From positions 1-40,242 of the forward strand of contig MRSU01011221.1 in assembly GCA_008369845.1 (NCBI GenBank): a stretch of DNA of 40,242 nt, given 5' to 3'. Within the stretch, counting starts at the first letter, position 1. Each line of letters opens with the position of its first letter. The notes below the pieces were generated by a model. That model made no database searches and had not been told where the DNA came from. It worked only from the letters and a program-made list of their open reading frames with translations. Position numbers and translations under genes: made by a program. Below are positions 1 through 10,139 of this stretch, in pieces. Source of the stretch: Trichomonas gallinae (taxonomy: Eukaryota).

Positions 1-761
1 ATCTGGACGTTCTGGGAGACCTTGAGGAATGTGAAGGCCATACCGCCTGTGATGATCATCTCATCGACCTTGTCGAGGAGGTTCTCGATGAGTTTGATCT
101 TGTCTGTGACCTTGCCACCACCGAGGATGGAGAGGAGTGGGCGGACTGGGCGCTCAAGGACTGGAACGAAAGCATCGAGCTCCTTCTTGATGAGGTTACC
201 AGCAGCACGGATTGGGAGGTTGACGTGAGCCATGGAAGCGTGGCCACGGTGAGCTGTGCCGAAAGCATCGTTGATGTAGACATCACCAAGAGCTGTGAGT
301 TCGGCGTAGAACTTCTCGAGTTCCTCCTTTGTTGGCTTTGTCTTGCTGCCATCTTCGTTGACGCGGGCGCCTTCCTCTTCGTAGTGGAATCTAACGTTTT
401 CGAGGAGGATGAGGGAACCCTTGGCTGGATGCGCGCAGGCGGCCTGGACTTCTGGGCCAACGCAGTCATGGAGGAATGTAACCTTCATGCCGATGAGCTC
501 TTCAAGGCGCTGAGCGACTGGAGCGAGTGTTTCCTTTGTAACGTGACCATTTGGACGGCCGAGGTGGGAAAGGAGGACGATAGAGTTAGCGCCCTTGGCG
601 AAAACTTCCTTGATTGTTGGGATTGTGGCCTCGATTCTCTGGTTGTTTGCGATCTTTCCATCCTTGCCGAATGGAACGTTGAAGTCAACACGCATGACGA
701 TGCGCTTGCCTGCGATATCTTTCTCTGTGAGATCGTGAAGAGTAAGCTTGTTGCCTAACAT
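1..761 (-). CDS. PGK: Phosphoglycerate kinase, 5' portion (runs off the left window edge; absent from the ORF track)
   Basis: Reverse complement from ATG at 761 reads [72 protein letters not shown]. It carries the PGK motifs [32 protein letters not shown] and [20 protein letters not shown]; codon usage is GC-biased, as in highly expressed genes. Confidence 0.97.
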   Translation of the reverse strand, partial: MLGNKLTLHDLTEKDIAGKRIVMRVDFNVPFGKDGKIANNQRIEATIPTIKEVFAKGANSIVLLSHLGRPNGHVTKETLAPVAQRLEELIGMKVTFLHDCVGPEVQAACAHPAKGSLILLENVRFHYEEEGARVNEDGSKTKPTKEELEKFYAELTALGDVYINDAFGTAHRGHASMAHVNLPIRAAGNLIKKELDAFVPVLERPVRPLLSILGGGKVTDKIKLIENLLDKVDEMIITGGMAFTFLKVSQNVQ

Positions 762-772
762 TGCTTTCTCGT

Positions 773-779
773 AAAGTGA
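773..779 (-). promoter_or_regulatory. Initiator (Inr) element TCACTTT of PGK
   Basis: Matches the trichomonad Inr consensus TCAY(T/A), 11 nt upstream of the ATG. Confidence 0.7.
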
Positions 780-1581
780 AATGAAGAAAATTTTTCATAT
801 TTGCAAATCAAATTAATTTTCAATGACGATTGGCCCCTTCACTTTCAAAATTTTTATTTTTGTTTGTATGCATTGAATTATTTGTTAATGGATACAAATA
901 TTTGATAATACTCATTGAATAATTTTGTCTTCACTTCACATTTAGCAAATATTTTAAAAATTTCATATTCGTTTTTTCTATAGTATAAGGATAAAAATGA
1001 CGCAATTTTAGAGAAAATAACGATGGAGTTCTCAAAAAAAATTGTCAATTCGATTTTTTTAATGGATAATATTAGGCAATACAAAATGATATTTTTATTT
1101 GCATCGGTAAATTTACTTTTTTGCAAAAATTGAACAAACAAGAAGAAAACGATGTGATATACTGTGTGTATAGATTTTAATGTATTTTTCTCGCCTAATG
1201 ATATCGAAATCTGGCTAATTTTAGTTCAATTTAAGTGTGAGATGGATTAGTTCTTGCAAAAAAATAGACAAACTTGATATTTCATATCTATCAAAGCATT
1301 TCCAAACCATTATCCTTAAGTATGTAGAGAGTAGTTTTGCTATATATGCAAAAAAAAAGGCAACATTTTATAAGCTAGAGAAACGATGATAAAAAGTTAT
1401 ATCCCACACATCATTGAAGTATATACTAATGTTTCTTAAAGCGTTGGATACTAAACTGTCGATCTTTTCATTGAAATATAATTGCCATCAATTGATTCTT
1501 ATTGAAATCTAACAGTCATTAATATGCTTATGTATCGATTCTGATAATTATTCCAAGTGAAACATAGTAATTTCTACCAGG

Positions 1582-1698
1582 TACCGTCATCCGCTTTTCG
1601 GGGATCAGCTGGGTTTTCGGGGATCTATTCAATCTAGAGGGGTGCAAAGTGGCATGTCCAAAGTTAGGGGTGGACAAGCTAAGTAATTCGCTAAGTAA
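1582..1698. repeat. GC-rich intergenic island with three pairs of short direct repeats and G-tracts; possible DNA-transposon terminus remnant
   Basis: TTTTCGGGGATC at 1595-1606 and 1614-1625; AGGGGTG at 1638-1644 and 1666-1672; GCTAAGTAA at 1678-1686 and 1690-1698; TGTCCA/TGGACA inverted pair at 1655-1660 and 1671-1676; flanks are very AT-rich. Confidence 0.55.
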
Positions 1699-2115
1699 GT
1701 TTTTCAATTTCATATCTTATAAATGAATATATTAAAAATGAATCAATTTCAATTGGGATTATATATTGTTCATTTTTAATGAATTCGATATATATTTGAT
1801 GGAAAAGTGAACAAAGAAAGTTGATACAGAGAATGACGACCCTAATGTAGTAGTCAAAAAATTTCATCATAGCAACTCTATAAAAGATAGTTCATTTCAA
1901 TAAATTATCAAAATCGAAATCATGTTCAATGATTGTGATTAGAATAAACGTATAAACAATTATAAGAAGCAAATTGATGATAATTTGTGTAAAATAGTAA
2001 ATATTTATTACAATAATTTCCAAAAACATTTCAAGTATTGATAGAATGTAAAAGATACTTGGTACAAACATATTGAATTTTTCTTGTACAGCTCTCCAAA
2101 CTATTATTTTTTGAA

Positions 2116-2610
2116 TTAAATTGCGAGAGGAGGCGGATCCTTTGGTTTTTCCTCTTCTGGTTCCTCTGTAGATACTGTGAGCTTTCCACTAGGATCCAAC
2201 TCCGGAGGTGGATGAGAAAGTATATCGAGTAAATGTTCGGACGAGCGTTGAAGTACACCGATCCATTCTTCTTCAGCTGTGGTTGGGAAGTGAGATACTT
2301 TCTTGTTAAACCAGTTTGAAGCCTCCATTGCCATGTGAGAGAATATTGTATCATCTCCGTTGTAATCTTTCGCATTTTGGAAAATTTGGTTCACGTCATT
2401 TTGCCAGTCAGATACATTGGAGTACTCATTTGATTGGAGTTTTCGTTTAACGTCTGTTAAGGATAACGGATTTTTAATTACTTGAAAATAATCGGGCATT
2501 CCATCTTTCTCTGGGTCCACCGGGTTAACAAATGGTGAGCACATTGGCCACGAGATCATTTTGTCGAGTATTTCAAGACATTTCGTTTGCTGATACTTGT
2601 TTAAGCTCAT
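2116..2610 (-). CDS. Single-bromodomain protein (164 aa)
   Basis: PFVNPVDPEKDGMPDYFQVIKNPLSL...IFQNAKDYN: ZA-loop signature and the conserved acetyl-lysine-binding YN. Confidence 0.93.
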   Translation of the reverse strand: MSLNKYQQTKCLEILDKMISWPMCSPFVNPVDPEKDGMPDYFQVIKNPLSLTDVKRKLQSNEYSNVSDWQNDVNQIFQNAKDYNGDDTIFSHMAMEASNWFNKKVSHFPTTAEEEWIGVLQRSSEHLLDILSHPPPELDPSGKLTVSTEEPEEEKPKDPPPLAI

Positions 2611-2612
2611 TT

Positions 2613-2620
2613 GTCACTTT
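2613..2620 (-). promoter_or_regulatory. M2-type motif AAAGTGAC just upstream of the ATG
   Basis: Exact AAAGTGAC 2 nt before the start. The same octamer lies in sense orientation at 7526-7533 (+), 14312-14319 (+), 26795-26802 (-) and 33861-33868 (-), and as GTCACTTT at 3361, 17616, 17687 and 17698. Confidence 0.65.
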
Positions 2621-3368
2621 TAAAAATATTGATTTTTGATGTTTTTGAAAATTATGCTTCTTTATAAACTGCAAAGATAGAATTTCGAATTTTAGAAATT
2701 AACAATTTTATTTATAAACAATTTAAATTTTAAAAATATATTATCATTTTTGAATTTCGAGTACAATTAAGTTCTGGATTCATATTTAAAATCTGTAGAT
2801 CATATGCATAATACATGTAGAAAAAAATTCATCATTATTTTTGGAGATACATCATAAAATTGAAAATTCGAATTTAATTAATCCTATAAAAATTAATGAT
2901 AGCATGGGAAATATTACGTTTGTTATTAGTCGATACACATATTGATATTGTGATAAGATATTAAAATTCCATCAAATCTATCATGAAAATAAAGATATAT
3001 GTCCTGCATATAAGTTAATAATATCAAGTATATTGATGAAATTTTGATATTTTGTTCATCATCAATAGACAAAACAAATTTATCGCCAAAGTAATCATAT
3101 ACTATTATAATAGAATCTAATCTCATAAGGAAAATAAATAATTCTTTTACTTCTCACTGATCAACTGAAGCAATGACAAAAATAATATCATAACAAGAAT
3201 ATTATATTAATATATAATCTAAAAACATAATAAAGATTGATGATATTTTATTAACAACTGATCGATAAAAGAAATGACAAAAATATTATGAAAATCAGAA
3301 TATATATTGTATGGAGGATATAAAAACATCGAAAAATCAGCATGAAAAAAACATAAAAAAGTCACTTT

Positions 3369-3388
3369 TACGGTTTGGTCTGCCTTTT
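3369..3388 (+). promoter_or_regulatory. M3 (TACGGTTT) plus M5 (CCTTT) core promoter of RPL26
   Basis: TACGGTTTGGTCTGCCTTTT immediately precedes the ATG at 3390; a near-identical element lies upstream of RPS15. Confidence 0.75.
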
Positions 3389-3389
3389 C

Positions 3390-3806
3390 ATGGTTAAGAC
3401 TAACCCATTCGTTTCCAGCCAAGCCCGCAAGACAAGGAAGGCCTTCTTCAACGCTTGCAAGGATGACAAGCACCGCGCCCTCTCCGCCAAGCTTTCCAAG
3501 GAGCAGGCCGAGACAAATGGCGTCAAGCGCCTTCCAATCCGTAAGGACGACGAAGTCTCCATCAACTCTGGCAAGTTCGCTGGCCGTGAGGGTAAGGTTA
3601 CAGCTGTCAAGCTTTCTGAGAACCGCATCATTGTTGACTCATTCAACCGCGAGAAGATCAACGGCCAGACAGTTCAGGTCGCTGTTCACCCATCCAACTG
3701 CGTTATCACAAAGCTGAAGATGGACAAGCAGCGCAAGGAACTCATCGAACGCCGCCGTGCTGGCCGTGAGAAAATCCTTGCTAAGCTTGGCCACAACAAG
3801 AAGTAA
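3390..3806 (+). CDS. RPL26: 60S ribosomal protein L26 (uL24)
   Basis: MVKTNPFVSSQARKTRKAFFNA...LPIRKDDEVSINSGKF...VHPSNCVITKLKMDKQRKELIERR. True start taken as ATG 3390 rather than the track's 3375; the stop overlaps TAAA. Confidence 0.97.
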   Translation: MVKTNPFVSSQARKTRKAFFNACKDDKHRALSAKLSKEQAETNGVKRLPIRKDDEVSINSGKFAGREGKVTAVKLSENRIIVDSFNREKINGQTVQVAVHPSNCVITKLKMDKQRKELIERRRAGREKILAKLGHNKK

Positions 3807-4464
3807 ATGATAAACAATTTAAATATACTAATGCCCTCAAATTATGTATTTTTTTGGAAAAATCTCTTTTGGCCAAATCATTATCTACAAATTTTACAAG
3901 ATTCTGTTTGGCCTCGTTTATGCTTCATGGTGATACTCCCAAAATATTCAAATACTTTAATTACTGACTACAAAAAAAATAATGAAAATAGTTTTTTAGC
4001 TATTACGTGACAATGCAATTTTATATCATGAAGAGAAGGCCAGAAACTAGAGTAAAAATTTGACATCATTTAGGAACAAAAAATAATGTTTTATCTCAAA
4101 TACTGTATAGATGCAATATGTATATATGTATTGAGTACTTTTCAGCATGTTCTACCATTTAGAAACATTGTATTAGTCTCACTTTTTGTTAAAAATGTCG
4201 AAAAGGCAAATTTTTAAATACTGACGCGATCTGACATGTAAATTATATCAATTTAAATTTAAGGTATGAAAGAAAAATTATAAAAAAGTTCTACCGAGAT
4301 ATTCAAATCTGAAAGAAAGTGAACTTTGCATTTTGCGGTTACTTTATGACAAAACTCCATCATTTTAAAAACTCAAGGTATCCCTTCCCATTTTTAAAAT
4401 AAACTAACTTTTATTAAAAAAAAAATTTTTGACTAAAGATTTCAATATTAATCTCCAAAAATAA

Positions 4465-5793
4465 ATGGCACGTAGCGAAATTCTAAATCTTGTTCTTTTC
4501 CCTTTGGTTTTCTTGTATCTATATGATCTACAGCAGAGGAATGAAAGTTTACTTTCTGGAGGTGAACTAAACCACGGTTTAAATCATTCATCAAATTCTC
4601 GAAATCTAATAACAGCGAGTAAATGTCCTTCACATGAAGCTGATATTAAAAACGAACATCCATATAAAAATGTTTTGTATTTCCTTGAAGACAGCTTAGT
4701 TTTTGGGCATTTGCATTTTGTATTTGATGGCATTTATTCAATGATGTTGATTCCAGAAATATGTAGGAAGAATGTGATAATACTGTTTTCAAGTTTGCAG
4801 GATTATCAGAGAGGATTTTTTGTTACATTTGATTCCACCAGTAATTTCCATAATGTGTTGCTTTTACACACAAATGATCAAGTGTGGAATCGATATGTAG
4901 CGTCAAACATCACACCAAAAAAATATAACACATCACAAAAAATCAATGATCATGGTGAAATTTACGTTTATGGTGTTATTTTCCAAAATTTTGCGGATGC
5001 AATTCGAATTACAAATAATCCATCATATCATATCTTAATAGCTAAATCTTTCTTTTATAATTCACATTCCACAGACCATGGTGGATCCATCTATGCCAGT
5101 TCTGGTTCTTGCATCCAATATCACGTCTGCAGCATACATTCTTGGATTACCTATAATTATAAATATGGTTGTCATTCAAATGTTTTAACAACAAATGAAA
5201 GTTACACAATTGAAAGTTCTATTTCTGAAAGTTCAGGATATGCATATTGTGTTCATCTTACTTATGGTGATCAGTTGATTGACTCAACAAATATTTCTTA
5301 TGCAAGATGTTCTTATAATGCTGCTTATGGTTGTGAAATTCCATCATCCCATCGAATAAAATTCACTTCAATCATTAATAACGTAGCTGATTTTCAAAGT
5401 GTCATGTACCATAATTCTAATAGTCAATATGTTTATCGCTGCAATGTTATTAATAATAATAGAAAAGGTGCTAAACATGGAATTGTTTATAGTTCTTGTT
5501 ATCTTCTTCAAATCAGTTTATGCGTTTTCTCATCAAATTCTGGCCCATCTTTGTTCTACAATAGTGGTGGAAATTTTGTTGTCGATCAATGTTATCTTGA
5601 TAATCCTAAAGTTGAAACAACATCAGGAAGTTCTGTTAGACTTAACACAACAAAACAACTTGTTCTTAGTCTTCATCATCTTTCAACACAAGGATGTTTT
5701 GCTTATTTAAGTCTCATTGAACGTGATTACAAAATTTCATCCGCATTGAATCCATATCAAAATCCTCAAAAATTTATCCGGAAACGAAGATAA
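4465..5793 (+). CDS. Trichomonad-specific hypothetical protein with Cys/Ser/Asn-rich, predicted parallel beta-helix (pectin-lyase-like) repeats
   Basis: 442-aa ORF in AT-rich DNA; repeated units such as SFFYNSHSTDHGGSIY, DSTNISYARC, CVFSSNSG, VVDQCY; hydrophobic N-terminal segment. Start position is uncertain. Confidence 0.6.
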   Translation: MARSEILNLVLFPLVFLYLYDLQQRNESLLSGGELNHGLNHSSNSRNLITASKCPSHEADIKNEHPYKNVLYFLEDSLVFGHLHFVFDGIYSMMLIPEICRKNVIILFSSLQDYQRGFFVTFDSTSNFHNVLLLHTNDQVWNRYVASNITPKKYNTSQKINDHGEIYVYGVIFQNFADAIRITNNPSYHILIAKSFFYNSHSTDHGGSIYASSGSCIQYHVCSIHSWITYNYKYGCHSNVLTTNESYTIESSISESSGYAYCVHLTYGDQLIDSTNISYARCSYNAAYGCEIPSSHRIKFTSIINNVADFQSVMYHNSNSQYVYRCNVINNNRKGAKHGIVYSSCYLLQISLCVFSSNSGPSLFYNSGGNFVVDQCYLDNPKVETTSGSSVRLNTTKQLVLSLHHLSTQGCFAYLSLIERDYKISSALNPYQNPQKFIRKRR

Positions 5794-5981
5794 TACAATA
5801 TTGGTAAAATAAAATTTGGAATTGAAAGATAAAAATCTCATCAGGATCAAATAAACACTGCATGGGATTCGAATTTTGTAGTAAATATACAAAATTTGAT
5901 TTTCATAATTTCATTTATAATTATTGTATTATCTTTGCGCAAATAAATACAATTTTTTACATAATATTTTAAACAAAAAAA

Positions 5982-6653
5982 TTATTTTGTCGTTTGAGGT
6001 TTGCTTGCTCTTGTTTTGATAAATAATGTCATTCTGACGCCATCATGAGCTCTAACAAAATTGAATTCGAAAGATGTATCATCATTCACATCAAACTCAA
6101 TGATATTTGTGAATTTTATTTCGAGATCAGTTCTTTTTATGGCTTTGTAGCGATCCATCAGAACTTTCATTAGTTCTATTTTGTATGATGACATAACTAA
6201 TTCCGAATTGTAGTCTGGTAGGTGAATTGAAACAGCGTTATCTGTTTCTAGGGATGTTGATATGAATTTGATAGCGGTTATTTTGATAGGTTTAGGTATG
6301 ATATATGCGTTTAATTTTGTGTTTGTGATGCAGATATGATTAGTTGTAATGATGAACCCACAGTCTTCCATGTGATTCCTATTCGTCAATCTAGAGCAAG
6401 CATCAGCGAAAAATAATTCTTCTGGTGGATTGAAAGAATGAAGGATTTGATCAATGCCACTATCAGCATATATACTCAAGTGATCGACAATGAATAGTTT
6501 GCCCGCTGAACTTACACGGCGATGTTTTTTGTGCATGAAAAATTGATCTGCATCGTGTTTCTTGACAGCTTCCGCAGGAGTTTGCTCTTGTGATGAGATA
6601 CGATGGAACTGCTTGCTGCCTGTGGCTTTCCTTGGATCAAGTGGAACCGACAT
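5982..6653 (-). CDS. Stand-alone class-I myosin tail homology 1 (TH1, PH-like) domain protein
   Basis: FFMHKKHRRVSSAGKLFIVDHL...ELFFADACSRL...FIITTNHICI...IKFISTSLETDNAVSIH...YKIELMKVL...LEIKFTNIIEF follows the myosin-I TH1 pattern (KKERRRxS..F.GDYL; F.D.V.K; LLT; ISLS..DD; KTEF; L.FS..I). First ATG is at 6653. Confidence 0.75.
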   Translation of the reverse strand: MSVPLDPRKATGSKQFHRISSQEQTPAEAVKKHDADQFFMHKKHRRVSSAGKLFIVDHLSIYADSGIDQILHSFNPPEELFFADACSRLTNRNHMEDCGFIITTNHICITNTKLNAYIIPKPIKITAIKFISTSLETDNAVSIHLPDYNSELVMSSYKIELMKVLMDRYKAIKRTDLEIKFTNIIEFDVNDDTSFEFNFVRAHDGVRMTLFIKTRASKPQTTK

Positions 6654-7297
6654 AATCTTGTCAGTTTTTTGTATCGGAATTTTTTCAAACAAAAATTCAA
6701 AAGCAGACGATTATCTTCACTTCAAAATTCAATTCTCTTTAATTCTAAAATACACACAAGCCTTATTATTATTGTTTTCACCCATTTTTATGATTTGCTG
6801 TCACGCCCGTAGGTAATTGAATTTATGACATTTTTTGAGAAAATGCAATTGTATCTTTTTGAATCGATCATGATATGTATTAGGAACTCTATAGAATCCT
6901 TATTGCGAAATATCGGATAAATCCATACATATTAATTGATTTTTAACCTAGGTTTTTGACCAATCGTCCATTTCAACTATATTTTAGCGTTGCTAATAAT
7001 TCCAATACATGTGTATGATAACATATCATGAGATAACCAGCGTAAACGCAAATTTAAACATTTTTCAAAAATATCTCGTCAAAATACAAAAATGAGAAAA
7101 ATTTCATGCAATATGTCTAGTAAATAATGATATTTTATATATTCTGATAAATTTTGTTTGATATTTTGTATTTTTGAAAAAATATAGTAAAGAAATCAAC
7201 TAATATAGTAATTTCATTTATATACTTGTCCAATAGTTCATCTGATGTAAACAAAATAACACCTTACCGGTGGAAAATAATTGTATCGAAATATAAA

Positions 7298-7323
7298 TTA
7301 TGAACTATTATGAACTATTATGG
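7298..7323 (+). repeat. Short tandem repeat, 10-bp unit, about 2.5 copies
   Basis: TTATGAACTA TTATGAACTA TTATGG. Confidence 0.6.
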
Positions 7324-7539
7324 TGTATATTTTTCTAGAAAAATCATGAATTACAGTTATAAACTAATAAGCTAAGATATAATGGTGTTGATTGATGTAA
7401 TTATAATTATGGTAACTTAGAATCCTAAAAAATTAATACGTTTTTGCTATTTTGAATGAATAAATGGAGTTGTACCCATTCTCTAATATTTAAATTCAAG
7501 CTTTAAAGCAAAATGTCCTAATAGAAAAGTGACAATTTA

Positions 7540-8430
7540 ATGAGTGAGCCTAAAAAATTTAATTTCAATTTCAATTTGAAATCAAATACATCTGCAAATA
7601 CTTCTGCTCAAAGTGACGGCAAGGAAACAGCTAAGCCAAAATTTACTTTTAATTTACAAATTCCAAAATCTTTTAATAAACAGGCAGAAAACAAGCCATC
7701 AGACTCACCATCAAAACCTGAAGCAGATTCTAAGCCTAAAACAAATGGTTGGGGACTCAAACCCTCAGGAAATTTAGGAAATTCATTAACATTAGGTCTT
7801 CAAAAGAAAGATTCACCAGCAGCTGTTACAATAGAATTCCATTTCGGAACTGGACAAAAATTCCAGTCAACAAAAGATCCGAATGAAAAATTCGAAACAG
7901 AAAATTCTTTCGGCAGGCCGCAATCATCACAAGGAGCTAACAACAGTAATTCTACCCAAGATAATGAAGTTGCAGATGATGCTGAAGACTACGAAAAAGT
8001 TTCTGAGAATACAATCAAAGGTGAAGAAAACGAAACAATATTGATCAATGAGAAATGCGTAATAAAGATCCTTGCTCCAGTTGCTCAAGATAATAAGGAT
8101 GATAAAACTCCTGCTAAAGATCAAAAACCTGTGGCTCAGGACTGGAAGCAACTTGGTGTTGGTCCATTCCATTTGAACAAGTGTGATGGATTCCATAGAA
8201 TCATTATTCGTCGTGAACCACTTTTGAATATTACTTTTAATTGCCGTGTTGCTGCATTCATGAAACCAACTCTCCTTAAGAAGAGTATTAAATTATTATT
8301 GCTTATGGATAATGAGAAGAATGAACAGGCTCCAACAATTACATATTTAACATTCAAAACACCAGAAATTGCAACAAATGTTTGTAACAAACTCAATGAA
8401 ATAGTTCAATCATTGGAAAATTCTAAATAA
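7540..8430 (+). CDS. Ran-binding domain (RanBP1-type) protein with low-complexity FxF N-terminus; Nup2/Nup50-like
   Basis: KGEENETIL...WKQLGVGPFHLNK...RIIIRREPLLNITFN...TFKTPEIA fits a C-terminal RanBD; N-terminal KKFNFNF, KFTFNL, EFHFG and NSFG motifs. Confidence 0.75.
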   Translation: MSEPKKFNFNFNLKSNTSANTSAQSDGKETAKPKFTFNLQIPKSFNKQAENKPSDSPSKPEADSKPKTNGWGLKPSGNLGNSLTLGLQKKDSPAAVTIEFHFGTGQKFQSTKDPNEKFETENSFGRPQSSQGANNSNSTQDNEVADDAEDYEKVSENTIKGEENETILINEKCVIKILAPVAQDNKDDKTPAKDQKPVAQDWKQLGVGPFHLNKCDGFHRIIIRREPLLNITFNCRVAAFMKPTLLKKSIKLLLLMDNEKNEQAPTITYLTFKTPEIATNVCNKLNEIVQSLENSK

Positions 8431-9037
8431 TTTATAGAATGAACTCTTATAGCTTTTAAATTTTTCCAATTTTTTTCTTTTTTCGTTGAAGAATTATTAA
8501 GCTAATTTTATTTGCTCGTCTGGGTTATGTATGTTAATAGATCATATTTTAAATTCGAGGTTTTATATTCGATCAAAGAGATATAGTATAATAACTGTGA
8601 AATCTAATTATTGCCATTGCATATTCACAGATTTTATAAACATAAGATGCTCTTGTTTTGGTCAATGCGCGTGAAAAATTATTAAAATCATATATAATAT
8701 TCAGTAATTTTTCCATAATTTTGAGGGAAATGGAATTATATTAGAAAAAATCAATATCCAGCCAATTTAGTCAAACTCTTCGTTTTCGAAATATTGAAAA
8801 ATAAAGTAATAAATTTAGTATTTTTAAATTTTTTTTCGTAATTTTTCAGCTTTTTCAAAAATGAAATCGATAAATCGAGTCCTATTATAGTAGCTATATA
8901 AATATACATCATAATTTTATTAATAATTGAATAAACTTAAAAAATAATTATTATATTACCAATATATTCAAAATATGCAATAATTTTTATCAAACAAATT
9001 TGATAACAAAAAGTGTCTTCAAAAATAATTTTTTTCT

Positions 9038-9814
9038 ATGACGGAAGAAGAAAACCCGAAAACTCTTTCGCCATTAACGTTCCAGCTTGCAAGAAGCGGC
9101 GCAATTGAATTACAACAGAAATATACCAAGAGCACAAAGCGTAGAGAGTGCCCAAGCGTTTTCTTAATTTTCGATTTTATTAAACCACCAAAAAGCTCTA
9201 AAGAACCAATAAATCTCTCACTTCCACATCCAGTAAGAATGTTTCCATTCCAATCTGGAGTCGTTTTCGTTGGTGGTGAGGGCGGAAAATGGCAAGAAGC
9301 TTTCGATAAGACAGAATTGAAATTAAAAGCCATTTCTATGTCTGCTTTACAAAAACACTATTCTTCCCGCAAGGAACAAGATAATTTATTCACATCTACC
9401 GATTACTTCTTCGCAGAAAAAAGTATCGCACAGCAATTACCAAAGAAACTCGGTAACAAGTTCTTTTCTCGCAATCGCCAGCCCACACAAGTATCATTAG
9501 ATATAGAAAAGCCAGAACAAATTTATAACGAGATCAAAAGTGCGATTGAAGGAACACAGTTTTATATTACAGCATCAAATGAGTGCTGGGTACGTGTTGG
9601 TGCCTTCAATTTATCATTTGATCATCTTGCAGAGAATATTTTAACCTGTTCTGAACTTGCTATGCATGAGATTCCAAAGGCAAAGGCTCGTGTAAAATCA
9701 ATACACTTATACACATCAGGAATCGAAATGCCACCAATTTGGGAAAAGGAAGCAAAGAAAGTTTCATTGACTGCTGAAGAGATCAAGACAACACGCCATT
9801 TAGATGAAAAGTAA
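9038..9814 (+). CDS. Ribosomal L1 domain-containing ribosome-biogenesis protein (RSL1D1/Utp30/Cic1-like)
   Basis: LSLPHP...LQKHYSSRKEQDNLFTSTDYFFAEKSIAQQLPKKLGNKFFSRNRQP...VRVG...LAENI...VKSIHL. Confidence 0.85.
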   Translation: MTEEENPKTLSPLTFQLARSGAIELQQKYTKSTKRRECPSVFLIFDFIKPPKSSKEPINLSLPHPVRMFPFQSGVVFVGGEGGKWQEAFDKTELKLKAISMSALQKHYSSRKEQDNLFTSTDYFFAEKSIAQQLPKKLGNKFFSRNRQPTQVSLDIEKPEQIYNEIKSAIEGTQFYITASNECWVRVGAFNLSFDHLAENILTCSELAMHEIPKAKARVKSIHLYTSGIEMPPIWEKEAKKVSLTAEEIKTTRHLDEK

Positions 9815-10139
9815 TCATTTACGTAATAAATATAGATTTGTTTTCATGTATATTTTATCACAAATTATTTTATTCTCTTTTATTTCAAAAAATTTTATAA
9901 TAATTCCCTATTTTGGGGCTTAGTTTTTGATATTTTCAAATGAAAATCCATGATTGATGCTTAAAAATCTTTTCGATTTAATAAAATCAAAAAACCAAAG
10001 CAAGAAATCGAGACAATCATTTATATCTTCGATTAACTTGATGTTTCCATAAAGAATTTGAAATAAATTTTGAAATGGTCGGATAAAAATATATCTGTAT
10101 TTTTTTAACTTTTTTGCATAAATAACTGCAAATATTGTT

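Noticed and set aside
22..758. ORFs 22-228, 56-469, 225-758 and 485-691
   Set aside because: Antisense or alternative-frame shadows of the GC-rich PGK gene.
1162..1173. CTATACACACAG on the minus strand, resembling the trichomonad intron 3' motif ACTAACACACAG
   Set aside because: Branch-point sequence is imperfect and there are no flanking exons; I saw no exact intron motif in the window.
1595..1698. CRISPR-like or telomeric repeat interpretation
   Set aside because: Each repeat has only two short copies, there are no spacers of CRISPR length or cas genes, and TTAGGG occurs once.
1528..1713. 61-aa minus-strand ORF over the GC-rich island
   Set aside because: No recognisable domain; the 19-bp repeat spacing is not a multiple of 3, so the ORF is probably incidental.
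2926..3191. Minus-strand MILFLSLLQLISEK* followed by an out-of-frame 66-aa ORF
   Set aside because: Could be a decayed secreted-protein gene, but no family is recognisable and such ORFs arise readily in AT-rich DNA.
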